A stretch of 64,000 nt of DNA from Leptogorgia sarmentosa (taxonomy: Eukaryota). Position numbers and translations under genes: made by a program. The notes beneath the pieces are model-generated. The model did no database searches and was not told where the DNA came from. It saw only the letters and a list, made by a program, of their open reading frames with translations. The DNA lies in assembly GCA_964658305.1 (NCBI GenBank), contig OZ210884.1, positions 4,650,001 through 4,714,000 on the forward strand. Direction: 5' to 3'. Positions 42,601-57,600 of this stretch are shown here, piece after piece; the first letter of the stretch is position 1; every line of letters begins with the position of its first letter.

Positions 42601-45600
42601 TAAATGTTCGAGTTGAGCAAACTTTCTTCTTCAGGCGAGAAGGAAGCATTTTATTCTTTGGCAAAACGATGTTCTGACGTAAAAATCTAGTTATTTTTTA
42701 GACGCGTATCTCTTAATGGTTGGGTTAGCTATAGCAAAATTTGTCAAAAAGCGCTGTAAAGTGAGAATTCTAAAAATTTGTATAGTAAAACATTCTCGTC
42801 CTAAGTGTATTAGCGTACCTGTACAATCTGTGCCATTGCTGGTAAAACCATTGATGCAAGTGCAGTTGAAACCTCCAAGATAATCAGTACAGGTAGCGTT
42901 CTTGTGGCAATACGTTCCAATACAACATTCGTCGTCGTCTAGCGAAAATGAAGTAGTATATATTAAATAAAAGCAAGTATACACCTAATTGTACACCAAC
43001 CTAGTTTAAGTACGAAACAGCCATTTACCAATTTCTATGTGTAAGGGTGAATTCATAAACAAAACAAGACAAATTCATCCTAACTTTACAAGCGATTGAA
43101 ACGAACAAACTCTTCTTCATATTTCGATTTTTATATTCACTTTTGTTTCAAAAAGTACGGGACGAAATTATTTTCAGAAAATACTCTTAATATATGACAC
43201 TAGTCAGCAGTGAACAATTTATTACAACTGCGGCCTAAACTGGAAACTCTCGAAAGATAGCTTGATAGATATTCGTACGTAGTTCTAAAATTTTAAACAA
43301 ACTCTATATTACTCACCATATGCCACAATTATGTCATGTATATCACCGCTGTATGTGAAATTGCTTTGCACTTCAAGCGATTCTTTTGAGATTTTGTCAA
43401 TGCGATTATTTTCCGTATCCAGGACATACAAATGAAGAACGTCTGATGTCAAAATGATTGGATCAAAATAGGTTATGTTCAGGTCACTTGTTTGTCCAGT
43501 GAATAGAGTTCTCATCACCCTGTGCCTGCTTCCATCGTAATTAGCCCAGTATATCGCGTCATTGTATTGATCAATAGTAATTGATTGTCCAGCACCACCA
43601 GTCATGAGGTTCATTACGTTCCCAGTTGATGGATCGTACCGTACGACGGCAGGATCAGTCGTTTTTGTAATGTACAGGTAGCTGTGAAGAAAGAAAATAA
43701 TTTCGATAATTTTCTCCCATCACAGACATCAACTAAAAAACTTCCTCCATAAATGTTGCAACACCAAAAAAGCAACCCTATCCTTTTAAAAACAATTTCA
43801 GACGGTAATGTATTTTGAGCTAGGGTTAGGAAATATCGTTAACTTAACGAAAATCCATTTATGCTTACCCATTTCTCATGTCCACTTCCATATCTTTCAC
43901 TCCTGAAACAGTTGATAGTTGTGCAACTTCACCGTCCGTACCACTTTCGATATCGTAAACATATATCTTGTCTTGTAATTCGTGATGATAATATATCAAC
44001 TGGTTTCGTCCATCAACCGCGAAAAATTCCACATCGTCGAGATCAAACTCAGTCTGGTTTGACCCATCCAACTTATAACTAAACATTTTATCGCCGGCAT
44101 AAAGATATAGCCGCTTGTTTATTCCGTCGAAAGATAACAGTGCATTATTTATGTTGTCATTCACCATGCTGGGGGTATTGTTAGATTTTAGTTTGTTATG
44201 ATATAGCGTACCAGAGGATGTCGAAAAGAACACATATGGTATTTGGCAACGATCTAGAAGAAAAAACGTTATATTTTGAATGAAAAGACAAGGATAAACC
44301 CAATTATATAGCTAACACAATGAACATTAAAGTCACAGCTCTCCTAATTTCTACGCTGTTGAACCAGATTAGCCATGTTGCTTTTTTTTCCGAAATACTT
44401 GGAAAATCAATAAAACGATACCATCACTATTTTAAAGTTTCAAACTTACTCAATGTTTATTGCGAATCGCTTTTAGCTAACATTGCTTTTTCTTTTATTA
44501 TGGATCATCGTGATTGTTGTGCTTTTTTCCCTTCTTTTAATACAACGATTTAGTTGTTTTACACATAGAATTTCGCTGAAAGTTAAGATACATTCTCGTG
44601 CATTTTTCTTATATTTTAATTTACCTTCAATTTCACATCTTTCACCCATGAATCCAGCGGGACAACTGCATTCAAATGAAGAATCAACGTTCCTACAAGT
44701 TCCACCATTGCAACATGGGGCACTTGCACATGAGCTATCTACAATGGAGAATAACAAGGCGAGCTTAATTCATATCGACATACGTCATAATGGGAAGCTT
44801 CAACTATGACACTAGTGTTTTGCAAGTGCCATAGCATCTTATTGCACGATTTTGAAACAATTAATCTTGACTTACTGCAGATTGCGAACTGGTCCAATTG
44901 TCTCCAATGTATTGAAACATATTGAGCACAGTCTGCAGAATAAGCATCGAGAGCTTGACAATAACAAACGTCAGGATCGTCTTCACAAGCGCACATATCG
45001 TACACACAATTATCGTAGTATCCTCTCGCAGTGGCATTAATATGGCTAGCACATGAGTTGAAAGGAGGGCTGAATAATATAGAACAGTTGGCTTGGGCTA
45101 TTGAAAGCCTGCTCGAGTTAGCCATACATGGATGCATTACTTCCGTCGCGTTAGCACAACTAGGATCAACTTTCCAAGAATTTCCAAATTCCACTGCATC
45201 ATTAACAATTGTACCATAAGATGTCCAGAAGTCGTCGTCTTCCATTTGGTTGAAATTGCCGCATAATCCAACTGTTCGATTCACATAGCGCCCCCTGATT
45301 GTCACACGAGCATTATAAACATTGTTCCAAAACACGGTCACACCGTAGTCACTTGTTATTAAGGTATATCCATTGTTAGCTTCAGATATGTTGAAACCTT
45401 TAGAGAAAACAGCAAAGTTAAAATTAAAAAGGCAATGTAGTGTTGTAAACACAACACCGTCTTACTTACCTGGGTAACTGACTGGTAGTGGTGATGATAC
45501 CTCTCCACCATTTACCAAAATCATTCCTCTACGGAGCTCGATAGAATAACTTAGGAAGATCACTGTTAACGACTTTGTGCACGAATGTAATCCACTTGCA

Positions 45601-48600
45601 CAGGGTTCATTTTTCTGCCGCACTTCAAACATGTCGCCCACAATATCTTTGGCCAAAACATATTCGCATGTCCCCATAAAGTCATAAAGCTTTCCATCAA
45701 AAGTTGAATAATGCGGATCTCCTCGGGTATGGCAACTTCTTTCAACTAGATATAAATATAGATATAAGAGTGTCACAAATGGTATGCTTAAAAATTCAAA
45801 ATGAAAAATATGAGCATTTTTACACCCATGGAAACTTTGTGTCATTAAATGGGTTAATTTCTTATTTTGGAATTTCCAATTTTCTTCAATTTGGTATTAT
45901 ATTTGGCACCATTTATCTCCAAGTAACGGCGCAATGGCATTAACTTCAACTGTAATAGCACCCTGGTACGAATTGTGAATTTCCTGAAAATCGTGTTTGG
46001 GGGGGGGGGGGGGGGGGCTCGTCGGTCATCATTCCAGGTGAGTGGGAGCTCATCACCTTTCACCTGCGCTCTTGGTTTCCGTGAGAAATCAGCATGCCAA
46101 CACAAACGTTCTTGATTGTCGACGAATATTTGAAAAATTTGAGTAGTTTATCTGAATATTTCAATTATGATCAATTGAAATTTGAATTCCAATTAGTAAA
46201 CCCACTTTAAGTCGTGGAAATGATTTTCTTACCCAGTTCGCAGTTAGGTTCTCTGTAATCAGCTTTACAAACGCATTTGAAGATGTTACCAACTTGACCA
46301 CACTCTTCGTTTTCTCCACAAGAAATAACGCTGCAGTTTGTCCCTGAAAAAATGTTATCAGTCTTACTTAATTTCTAGGAAATAACGTTTTTTCAAGATA
46401 AAAAGTTTGGATATATACAAAATACGTTTGAAGCATTTGTTATTTTTTCAGAAATTTGTATAACGTGGTTGCAGCAAAGACGAATAATTCTGGAATTTCG
46501 AGATAATCCAGAAAAAATGCGTCGACTTTCTGCATGTACATGTCGAGTTATAGGAATATTTATGTATGTAAAATGTTTAACACTCTCTTCTATTCTGTTC
46601 ATGTACCATCCCACCCTCACATGCATGTATCACCGCAAAATTCTGTGTCCCACCATCATGATTATTATCATGATCACTAAGTTAGTGCAGATAATCAACT
46701 TCATTTCTATTTTTGATATGATTTTACCTTCACAAACAACACCAGTTCCATTAAAACCTTCGTTGCAATCACATTCAAAGGAGCCAATTGAATTAGTACA
46801 GGTGGCATTCTGGTGACAGGGGTAGTCCTCGCATTCATTAATATCTAAAAATAGTTTAACACAAATATTGGATTGTAGATGCAGTATTGCCTGTAGAACA
46901 GTCTTGTTTTCAAATATACCTTCTTGTTGCGTAATATCCGTTTTCAGTTCAGTGAAAATAACGCACGCATCGATAGAAAGTATAAATGTTCCAGTTGAGC
47001 AAACTTTCTTCTTCAGACGAGAAGGAAGCATTTTATTCTTTGGCAAAACGATGTTCTGACGTAAAAATCTAGTTATTTTTTAGACGCGTATCTCTTAATG
47101 GTTGGGTTAGCTATAGCAAAATTTGTCAAAAAGCGCTGTAAAGTGAGAATTCTAAAAATTTGTATAGTAAAACATTCTCGTCCTAAGTGTATTAGCGTAC
47201 CTGTACAATCTGTGCCATTGCTGGTAAAACCATTGATGCAAGTGCAGTTGAAACCTCCAAGATAATCAGTACAGGTAGCGTTCTTGTGGCAATACGTTCC
47301 AATACAACATTCGTCGTCGTCTAGCGAAAATGAAGTAGTATATATTAAATAAAAGCAAGTATACACCTAATTGTACACCAACCTAGTTTAAGTACGAAAC
47401 AGCCATTTACCAATTTCTATGTGTAAGGGTGAATTCATAAACAAAACAAGACAAATTCATCCTAACTTTACAAGCGATTGAAACGAACAAACTCTTCTTC
47501 ATATTTCGATTTTTATATTCACTTTTGTTTCAAAAAGTACGGGACGAAATTATTTTCAGAAAATACTCTTAATATATGACACTAGTCAGCAGTGAACAAT
47601 TTATTACAACTGCGGCCTAAACTGGAAACTCTCGAAAGATAGCTTGATAGATATTCGTACGTAGTTCTAAAATTTTAAACAAACTCTATATTACTCACCA
47701 TATGCCACAATTATGTCATGTATATCACCGCTGTATGTGAAATTGCTTTGCACTTCAAGCGATTCTTTTGAGATTTTGTCAATGCGATTATTTTCCGTAT
47801 CCAGGACATACAAATGAAGAACGTCTGATGTCAAAATGATTGGATCAAAATAGGTTATGTTCAGGTCACTTGTTTGTCCAGTGAATAGAGTTCTCATCAC
47901 CCTGTGCCTGCTTCCATCGTAATTAGCCCAGTATATCGCGTCATTGTATTGATCAATAGTAATTGATTGTCCAGCACCACCAGTCATGAGGTTCATTACG
48001 TTCCCAGTTGATAGATCGTACCGTACGACGGCAGGATCAGTCGTTTTTGTAATGTACAGGTAGCTGTGAAGAAAGAAAATAATTTCGATAATTTTCTCCC
48101 ATCACAGACATCAACTAAAAAACTTCCTCCATAAATGTTGCAACACCAAAAAAGCAACCCTATCCTTTTAAAAACAATTTCAGACGGTAATGTATTTTGA
48201 GCTAGGGTTAGGAAATATCGTTAACTTAACGAAAATCCATTTATGCTTACCCATTTCTCATGTCCACTTCCATATCTTTCACTCCTGAAACAGTTGATAG
48301 TTGTGCAACTTCACCGTCCGTACCACTTTCGATATCGTAAACATATATCTTGTCTTGTAATTCGTGATGATAATATATCAACTGGTTTCGTCCATCAACC
48401 GCGAAAAATTCCACATCGTCGAGATCAAACTCAGTCTGGTTTGACCCATCCAACTTATAACTAAACATTTTATCGCCGGCATAAAGATATAGCCGCTTGT
48501 TTATTCCGTCGAAAGATAACAGTGCATTATTTATGTTGTCATTCACCATGCTGGGGGTATTGTTAGATTTTAGTTTGTTATGATATAGCGTACCAGAGGA

Positions 48601-51600
48601 TGTCGAAAAGAACACATATGGTATTTGGCAACGATCTAGAAGAAAAAACGTTATATTTTGAATGAAAAGACAAGGATAAACCCAATTATATAGCTAACAC
48701 AATGAACATTAAAGTCACAGCTCTCCTAATTTCTACGCTGTTGAACCAGATTAGCCATGTTGCTTTTTTTTCCGAAATACTTGGAAAATCAATAAAACGA
48801 TACCATCACTATTTTAAAGTTTCAAACTTACTCAATGTTTATTGCGAATCGCTTTTAGCTAACATTGCTTTTTCTTTTATTATGGATCATCGTGATTGTT
48901 GTGCTTTTTTCCCTTCTTTTAATACAACGATTTAGTTGTTTTACACATAGAATTTCGCTGAAAGTTAAGATACATTCTCGTGCATTTTTCTTATATTTTA
49001 ATTTACCTTCAATTTCACATCTTTCACCCATGAATCCAGCGGGACAACTGCATTCAAATGAAGAATCAACGTTCCTACAAGTTCCACCATTGCAACATGG
49101 GGCACTTGCACATGAGCTATCTACAATGGAGAATAACAAGGCGAGCTTAATTCATATCGACATACGTCATAATGGGAAGCTTCAACTATGACACTAGTGT
49201 TTTGCAAGTGCCATAGCATCTTATTGCACGATTTTGAAACAATTAATCTTGACTTACTGCAGATTGCGAACTGGTCCAATTGTCTCCAATGTATTGAAAC
49301 ATATTGAGCACAGTCTGCAGAATAAGCATCGAGAGCTTGACAATAACAAACGTCAGGATCGTCCTTACAAGCGCACATATCGTACACACAATTATCGTAG
49401 TATCCTCTCGCAGTGGCATTAATATGGCTAGCACATGAGTTGAAAGGAGGGCTGAATAATATAGAACAGTTGGCTTGGGCTATTGAAAGCCTGCTCGAGT
49501 TAGCCATACATGGATGCATTACTTCCGTCGCGTTAGCACAACTAGGATCAACTTTCCAAGAATTTCCAAATTCCACTGCATCATCAACAATTGTACCATA
49601 AGATGTCCAGAAGTCGTCGTCTTCCATTTGGTTGAAATTGCCGCATAATCCAACTGTTCGATTCACATAGCGCCCCCTGATTGTCACACGAGCATTATAA
49701 ACATTGTTCCAAAACACGGTCACACCGTAGTCACTTGTTATTAAGGTATATCCATTGTTAGCTTCAGATATGTTGAAACCTTTAGAGAAAACAGCAAAGT
49801 TAAAATTAAAAAGGCAATGTAGTGTTGTAAACACAACACCGTCTTACTTACCTGGGTAACTGACTGGTAGTGGTGATGATACCTCTCCACCATTTACCAA
49901 AATCATTCCTCTACGGAGTTCGATAGAATAACTTAGGAAGATCACTGTTAACGACTTTGTGCACGAATGTAATCCACTTGCACAGGGTTCATTTTTCTGC
50001 CGCACTTCAAACATGTCGCCCACAATATCTTTGGCCAAAACATATTCGCATGTCCCCATAAAGTCATAAAGCTTTCCATCAAAAGTTGAATAATGCGGAT
50101 CTCCTCGGGTATGGCAACTTCTTTCAACTAGATATAAATATAGATATAAGAGTGTCACAAATGGTATGCTTAAAAATTCAAAATGAAAAATATGAGCATT
50201 TTTACACCCATGGAAACTTTGTGTCATTAAATGGGTTAATTTCTTATTTTGGAATTTCCAATTTTCTTCAATTTGGTATTATAATTGGCACCATTTATCC
50301 CCAAGTAACGGCGCAATGGCATTATCTTTAACTGGAATAGCACCTTGGTAACGAAATCTGAATTTCGGGAAAAATCGTGTTGGGGGGCCCGTTGGTCATA
50401 ACTCCATGTGAGTGGGAGCTCATCACTTCACCTCCGCTCTTGGTTTCTCTGAGAAATCACTATACCTACACAAACGTTCTTGATTGACGGCGAATATTTG
50501 AAAAATTTGAGTAGTTTATCTGAATATTTCAATTATGATCAATTGAAATTTGAATTCCAATTAGTAAACCCACTTTAAGTCGTGGAAATGATTTTCTTAC
50601 CCAGTTCGCAGTTAGGTTCTCTGTAATCAGCTTTACAAACGCATTTGAAGATGTTACCAACTTGACCACACTCTTCGTTTTCTCCACAAGAAATAACGCT
50701 GCAGTTTGTCCCTGAAAAAATGTTATCAGTCTTACTTAATTTCTAGGAAATAACGTTTTTTCAAGATAAAAAGTTTGGATATATACAAAATACGTTTGAA
50801 GCATTTGTTATTTTTTCAGAAATTTGTATAACGTGGTTGCAGCAAAGACGAATAATTCTGGAATTTCGAGATAATCCAGAAAAAATGCGTCGACTTTCTG
50901 CATGTACATGTCGAGTTATAGGAATATTTATGTATGTAAAATGTTTAACACTCTCTTCTATTCTGTTCATGTACCATCCCACCCTCACATGCATGTATCA
51001 CCGCAAAATTCTGTGTCCCACCATCATGATTATTATCATGATCACTAAGTTAGTGCAGATAATCAACTTCATTTCTATTTTTGATATGATTTTACCTTCA
51101 CAAACAACACCAGTTCCATTAAAACCTTCGTTGCAATCACATTCAAACGAGCCAATTGAATTAGTACAGGTGGCATTCTGGTGACAGGGGTAGTCCTCGC
51201 ATTCATTAATATCTAAAAATAGTTTAACACAAATATTGGATTGTAGATGCAGTATTGCCTGTAGAACAGTCTTGTTTTCAAATATACCTTCTTGTTGCGT
51301 AATATCCGTTTTCAGTTCAGTGAAAATAACGCACGCATCGATAGAAAGTATAAATGTTCGAGTTGAGCAAACTTTCTTCTTCAGGCGAGAAGGAAGCATT
51401 TTATTCTTTGGCAAAACGATGTTCTGACGTAAAAATCTAGTTATTTTTTAGACGCGTATCTCTTAATGGTTGGGTTAGCTATAGCAAAATTTGTCAAAAA
51501 GCGCTGTAAAGTGAGAATTCTAAAAATTTGTATAGTAAAACATTCTCGTCCTAAGTGTATTAGCGTACCTGTACAATCTGTGCCATTGCTGGTAAAACCA

Positions 51601-54600
51601 TTGATGCAAGTGCAGTTGAAACCTCCAAGATAATCAGTACAGGTAGCGTTCTTGTGGCAATACGTTCCAATACAACATTCGTCGTCGTCTAGCGAAAATG
51701 AAGTAGTATATATTAAATAAAAGCAAGTATACACCTAATTGTACACCAACCTAGTTTAAGTACGAAACAGCCATTTACCAATTTCTATGTGTAAGGGTGA
51801 ATTCATAAACAAAACAAGACAAATTCATCCTAACTTTACAAGCGATTGAAACGAACAAACTCTTCTTCATATTTCGATTTTTATATTCACTTTTGTTTCA
51901 AAAAGTACGGGACGAAATTATTTTCAGAAAATACTCTTAATATATGACACTAGTCAGCAGTGAACAATTTATTACAACTGCGGCCTAAACTGGAAACTCT
52001 CGAAAGATAGCTTGATAGATATTCGTACGTAGTTCTAAAATTTTAAACAAACTCTATATTACTCACCATATGCCACAATTATGTCATGTATATCACCGCT
52101 GTATGTGAAATTGCTTTGCACTTCAAGCGATTCTTTTGAGATTTTGTCAATGCGATTATTTTCCGTATCCAGGACATACAAATGAAGAACGTCTGATGTC
52201 AAAATGATTGGATCAAAATAGGTTATGTTCAGGTCACTTGTTTGTCCAGTGAATAGAGTTCTCATCACCCTGTGCCTGCTTCCATCGTAATTAGCCCAGT
52301 ATATCGCGTCATTGTATTGATCAATAGTAATTGATTGTCCAGCACCACCAGTCATGAGGTTCATTACGTTCCCAGTTGATGGATCGTACCGTACGACGGC
52401 AGGATCAGTCGTTTTTGTAATGTACAGGTAGCTGTGAAGAAAGAAAATAATTTCGATAATTTTCTCCCATCACAGACATCAACTAAAAAACTTCCTCCAT
52501 AAATGTTGCAACACCAAAAAAGCAACCCTATCCTTTTAAAAACAATTTCAGACGGTAATGTATTTTGAGCTAGGGTTAGGAAATATCGTTAACTTAACGA
52601 AAATCCATTTATGCTTACCCATTTCTCATGTCCACTTCCATATCTTTCACTCCTGAAACAGTTGATAGTTGTGCAACTTCACCGTCCGTACCACTTTCGA
52701 TATCGTAAACATATATCTTGTCTTGTAATTCGTGATGATAATATATCAACTGGTTTCGTCCATCAACCGCGAAAAATTCCACATCGTCGAGATCAAACTC
52801 AGTCTGGTTTGACCCATCCAACTTATAACTAAACATTTTATCGCCGGCATAAAGATATAGCCGCTTGTTTATTCCGTCGAAAGATAACAGTGCATTATTT
52901 ATGTTGTCATTCACCATGCTGGGGGTATTGTTAGATTTTAGTTTGTTATGATATAGCGTACCAGAGGATGTCGAAAAGAACACATATGGTATTTGGCAAC
53001 GATCTAGAAGAAAAAACGTTATATTTTGAATGAAAAGACAAGGATAAACCCAATTATATAGCTAACACAATGAACATTAAAGTCACAGCTCTCCTAATTT
53101 CAACGCTGTTGAACCAGATTAGCCATGTTGCTTTTTTTTCCGAAATACTTGGAAAATCAATAAAACGATACCATCACTATTTTAAAGTTTCAAACTTACT
53201 CAATGTTTATTGCGAATCGCTTTTAGCTAACATTGCTTTTTCTTTTATTATGGATCATCGTGATTGTTGTGCTTTTTTCCCTTCTTTTAATACAACGATT
53301 TAGTTGTTTTACACATAGAATTTCGCTGAAAGTTAAGATACATTCTCGTGCATTTTTCTTATATTTTAATTTACCTTCAATTTCACATCTTTCACCCATG
53401 AATCCAGCGGGACAACTGCATTCAAATGAAGAATCAACGTTCCTACAAGTTCCACCATTGCAACATGGGGCACTTGCACATGAGCTATCTACAATGGAGA
53501 ATAACAAGGCGAGCTTAATTCATATCGACATACGTCATAATGGGAAGCTTCAACTATGACACTAGTGTTTTGCAAGTGCCATAGCATCTTATTGCACGAT
53601 TTTGAAACAATTAATCTTGACTTACTGCAGATTGCGAACTGGTCCAATTGTCTCCAATGTATTGAAACATATTGAGCACAGTCTGCAGAATAAGCATCGA
53701 GAGCTTGACAATAACAAACGTCAGGATCGTCTTCACAAGCGCACATATCGTACACACAATTATCGTAGTATCCTCTCGCAGTGGCATTAATATGGCTAGC
53801 ACATGAGTTGAAAGGAGGGCTGAATAATATAGAACAGTTGGCTTGGGCTATTGAAAGCCTGCTCGAGTTAGCCATACATGGATGCATTACTTCCGTCGCG
53901 TTAGCACAACTAGGATCAACTTTCCAAGAATTTCCAAATTCCACTGCATCATTAACAATTGTACCATAAGATGTCCAGAAGTCGTCGTTTTCCATTTCGT
54001 TGAAATTGCCGCATAATCCAACAGTTCGATTCACATAGCGCCCCCTGATTGTCACACGAGCATTATAAACATTGTTCCAAAACACGGTCACACCGTAGTC
54101 ACTTGTTATTAAGGTATATCCATTGTTAGCTTCAGATATGTTGAAACCTTTAGAGAAAACAGCAAAGTTAAAATTAAAAAGGCAATGTAGTGTTGTAAAC
54201 ACAACACCGTCTTACTTACCTGGGTAACTGACTGGTAGTGGTGATGATACCTCTCCACCATTTACCAAAATCATTCCTCTACGGAGTTCGATAGAATAAC
54301 TTAGGAAGATCACTGTTAACGACTTTGTGCACGAATGTAATCCACTTGCACAGGGTTCATTTTTCTGCCGCACTTCAAACATGTCGCCCACAATATCTTT
54401 GGCCAAAACATATTCGCATGTCCCCATAAAGTCATAAAGCTTTCCATCAAAAGTTGAATAATGCGGATCTCCTCGGGTATGGCAACTTCTTTCAACTAGA
54501 TATAAATATAGATATAAGAGTGTCACAAATGGTATGCTTAAAAATTCAAAATGAAAAATATGAGCATTTTTACACCCATGGAAACTTTGTGTCATTAAAT

Positions 54601-57600
54601 GGGTTAATTTCTTATTTTGGAATTTCCAATTTTCTTCAATTTGGTATTATATTTGGCACCATTTATCCCCAAGTAACGGCGCAATGGCATTAACTTCAAC
54701 TGTAATAGCACCCTGGTACGAATTGTGAATTTCCTGAAAATCGTGTTTGGGGGGGGGGGGGGGGGGCTCGTCGGTCATCATTCCAGGTGAGTGGGAGCTC
54801 ATCACCTTTCACCTGCGCTCTTGGTTTCCGTGAGAAATCAGCATGCCAACACAAACGTTCTTGATTGTCGACGAATATTTGAAAAGTTTGAGTAGTTTAT
54901 CTGAATATTTCAATTAGGATCAATTGAAATTTGAATTCCAATTAGTAAACCCACTTTAAGTCGTGGAAATGATTTTCTTACCCAGTTCGCAGTTAGGTTC
55001 TCTGTAATCAGCTTTACAAACGCATTTGAAGATGTTACCAACTTGACCACACTCTTCGTTTTCTCCACAAGAAATAACGCTGCAGTTTGTCCCTGAAAAA
55101 ATGTTATCAGTCTTACTTAATTTCTAGGAAATAACGTTTTTTCAAGATAAAAAGTTTGGATATATACAAAATACGTTTGAAGCATTTGTTATTTTTTCAG
55201 AAATTTGTATAACGTGGTTGCAGCAAAGACGAATAATTCTGGAATTTCGAGATAATCCAGAAAAAATGCGTCGACTTTCTGCATGTACATGTCGAGTTAT
55301 AGGAATATTTATGTATGTAAAATGTTTAACACTCTCTTCTATTCTGTTCATGTACCATCCCACCCTCACATGCATGTATCACCGCAAAATTCTGTGTCCC
55401 ACCATCATGATTATTATCATGATCACTAAGTTAGTGCAGATAATCAACTTCATTTCTATTTTTGATATGATTTTACCTTCACAAACAACACCAGTTCCAT
55501 TAAAACCTTCGTTGCAATCACATTCAAACGAGCCAATTGAATTAGTACAGGTGGCATTCTGGTGACAGGGGTAGTCCTCGCATTCATTAATATCTAAAAA
55601 TAGTTTAACACAAATATTGGATTGTAGATGCAGTATTGCCTGTAGAACAGTCTTGTTTTCAAATATACCTTCTTGTTGCGTAATATCCGTTTTCAGTTCA
55701 GTGAAAATAACGCACGCATCGATAGAAAGTATAAATGTTCGAGTTGAGCAAACTTTCTTCTTCAGACGAGAAGGAAGCATTTTATTCTTTGGCAAAACGA
55801 TATTCTGACGTAAAAATCTAGTTATTTTTTAGACGCGTATCTCTTAATGGTTGGGTTAGCTATAGCAAAATTTGTCAAAAAGCGCTGTAAAGTGAGAATT
55901 CTAAAAATTTGTATAGTAAAACATTCTCGTCCTAAGTGTATTAGCGTACCTGTACAATCTGTGCCATTGCTGGTAAAACCATTGATGCAAGTGCAGTTGA
56001 AACCTCCAAGATAATCAGTACAGGTAGCGTTCTTGTGGCAATACGTTCCAATACAACATTCGTCGTCGTCTAGCGAAAATGAAGTAGTATATATTAAATA
56101 AAAGCAAGTATACACCTAATTGTACACCAACCTAGTTTAAGTACGAAACAGCCATTTACCAATTTCTATGTGTAAGGGTGAATTCATAAACAAAACAAGA
56201 CAAATTCATCCTAACTTTACAAGCGATTGAAACGAACAAACTCTTCTTCATATTTCGATTTTTATATTCACTTTTGTTTCAAAAAGTACGGGACGAAATT
56301 ATTTTCAGAAAATACTCTTAATATATGACACTAGTCAGCAGTGAACAATTTATTACAACTGCGGCCTAAACTGGAAACTCTCGAAAGATAGCTTGATAGA
56401 TATTCGTACGTAGTTCTAAAATTTTAAACAAACTCTATATTACTCACCATATGCCACAATTATGTCATGTATATCACCGCTGTATGTGAAATTGCTTTGC
56501 ACTTCAAGCGATTCTTTTGAGATTTTGTCAATGCGATTATTTTCCGTATCCAGGACATACAAATGAAGAACGTCTGATGTCAAAATGATTGGATCGAAAT
56601 AGGTTATGTTCAGGTCACTTGTTTGTCCAGTGAATAGAGTTCTCATCACCCTGTGCCTGCTTCCATCGTAATTAGCCCAGTATATCGCGTCATTGTATTG
56701 ATCAATAGTAATTGATTGTCCAGCACCACCAGTCATGAGGTTCATTACGTTCCCAGTTGATGGATCGTACCGTACGACGGCAGGATCAGTCGTTTTTGTA
56801 ATGTACAGGTAGCTGTGAAGAAAAAAAATAATTTCGATAATTTTCTCCCATCACAGACATCAACTAAAAAACTTCCTCCATAAATGTTGCAACACCAAAA
56901 AAGCAACCCTATCCTTTTAAAAACAATTTCAGACGGTAATGTATTTTGAGCTAGGGTTAGGAAATATCGTTAACTTAACGAAAATCCATTTATGCTTACC
57001 CATTTCTCATGTCCACTTCCATATCTTTCACTCCTGAAACAGTTGATAGTTGTGCAACTTCACCGTCCGTACCACTTTCGATATCGTAAACATATATCTT
57101 GTCTTGTAATTCGTGATGATAATATATCAACTGGTTTCGTCCATCAACCGCGAAAGATTCCACATCGTCGAGATCAAACTCAGTCTGGTTTGACCCATCC
57201 AACTTATAACTAAACATTTTATCGCCGGCATAAAGATATAGCCGCTTGTTTATTCCGTCGAAAGATAACAGTGCATTATTTATGTTGTCATTCACCATGC
57301 TGGGGGTATTGTTAGATTTTAGTTTGTTATGATATAGCGTACCAGAGGATGTCGAAAAGAACACATATGGTATTTGGCAACGATCTAGAAGAAAAAACGT
57401 TATATTTTGAATGAAAAGACAAGGATAAACCCAATTATATAGCTAACACAATGAACATTAAAGTCACAGCTCTCCTAATTTCTACGCTGTTGAACCAGAT
57501 TAGCCATGTTGCTTTTTTTTCCGAAATACTTGGAAAATCAATAAAACGATACCATCACTATTTTAAAGTTTCAAACTTACTCAATGTTTATTGCGAATCG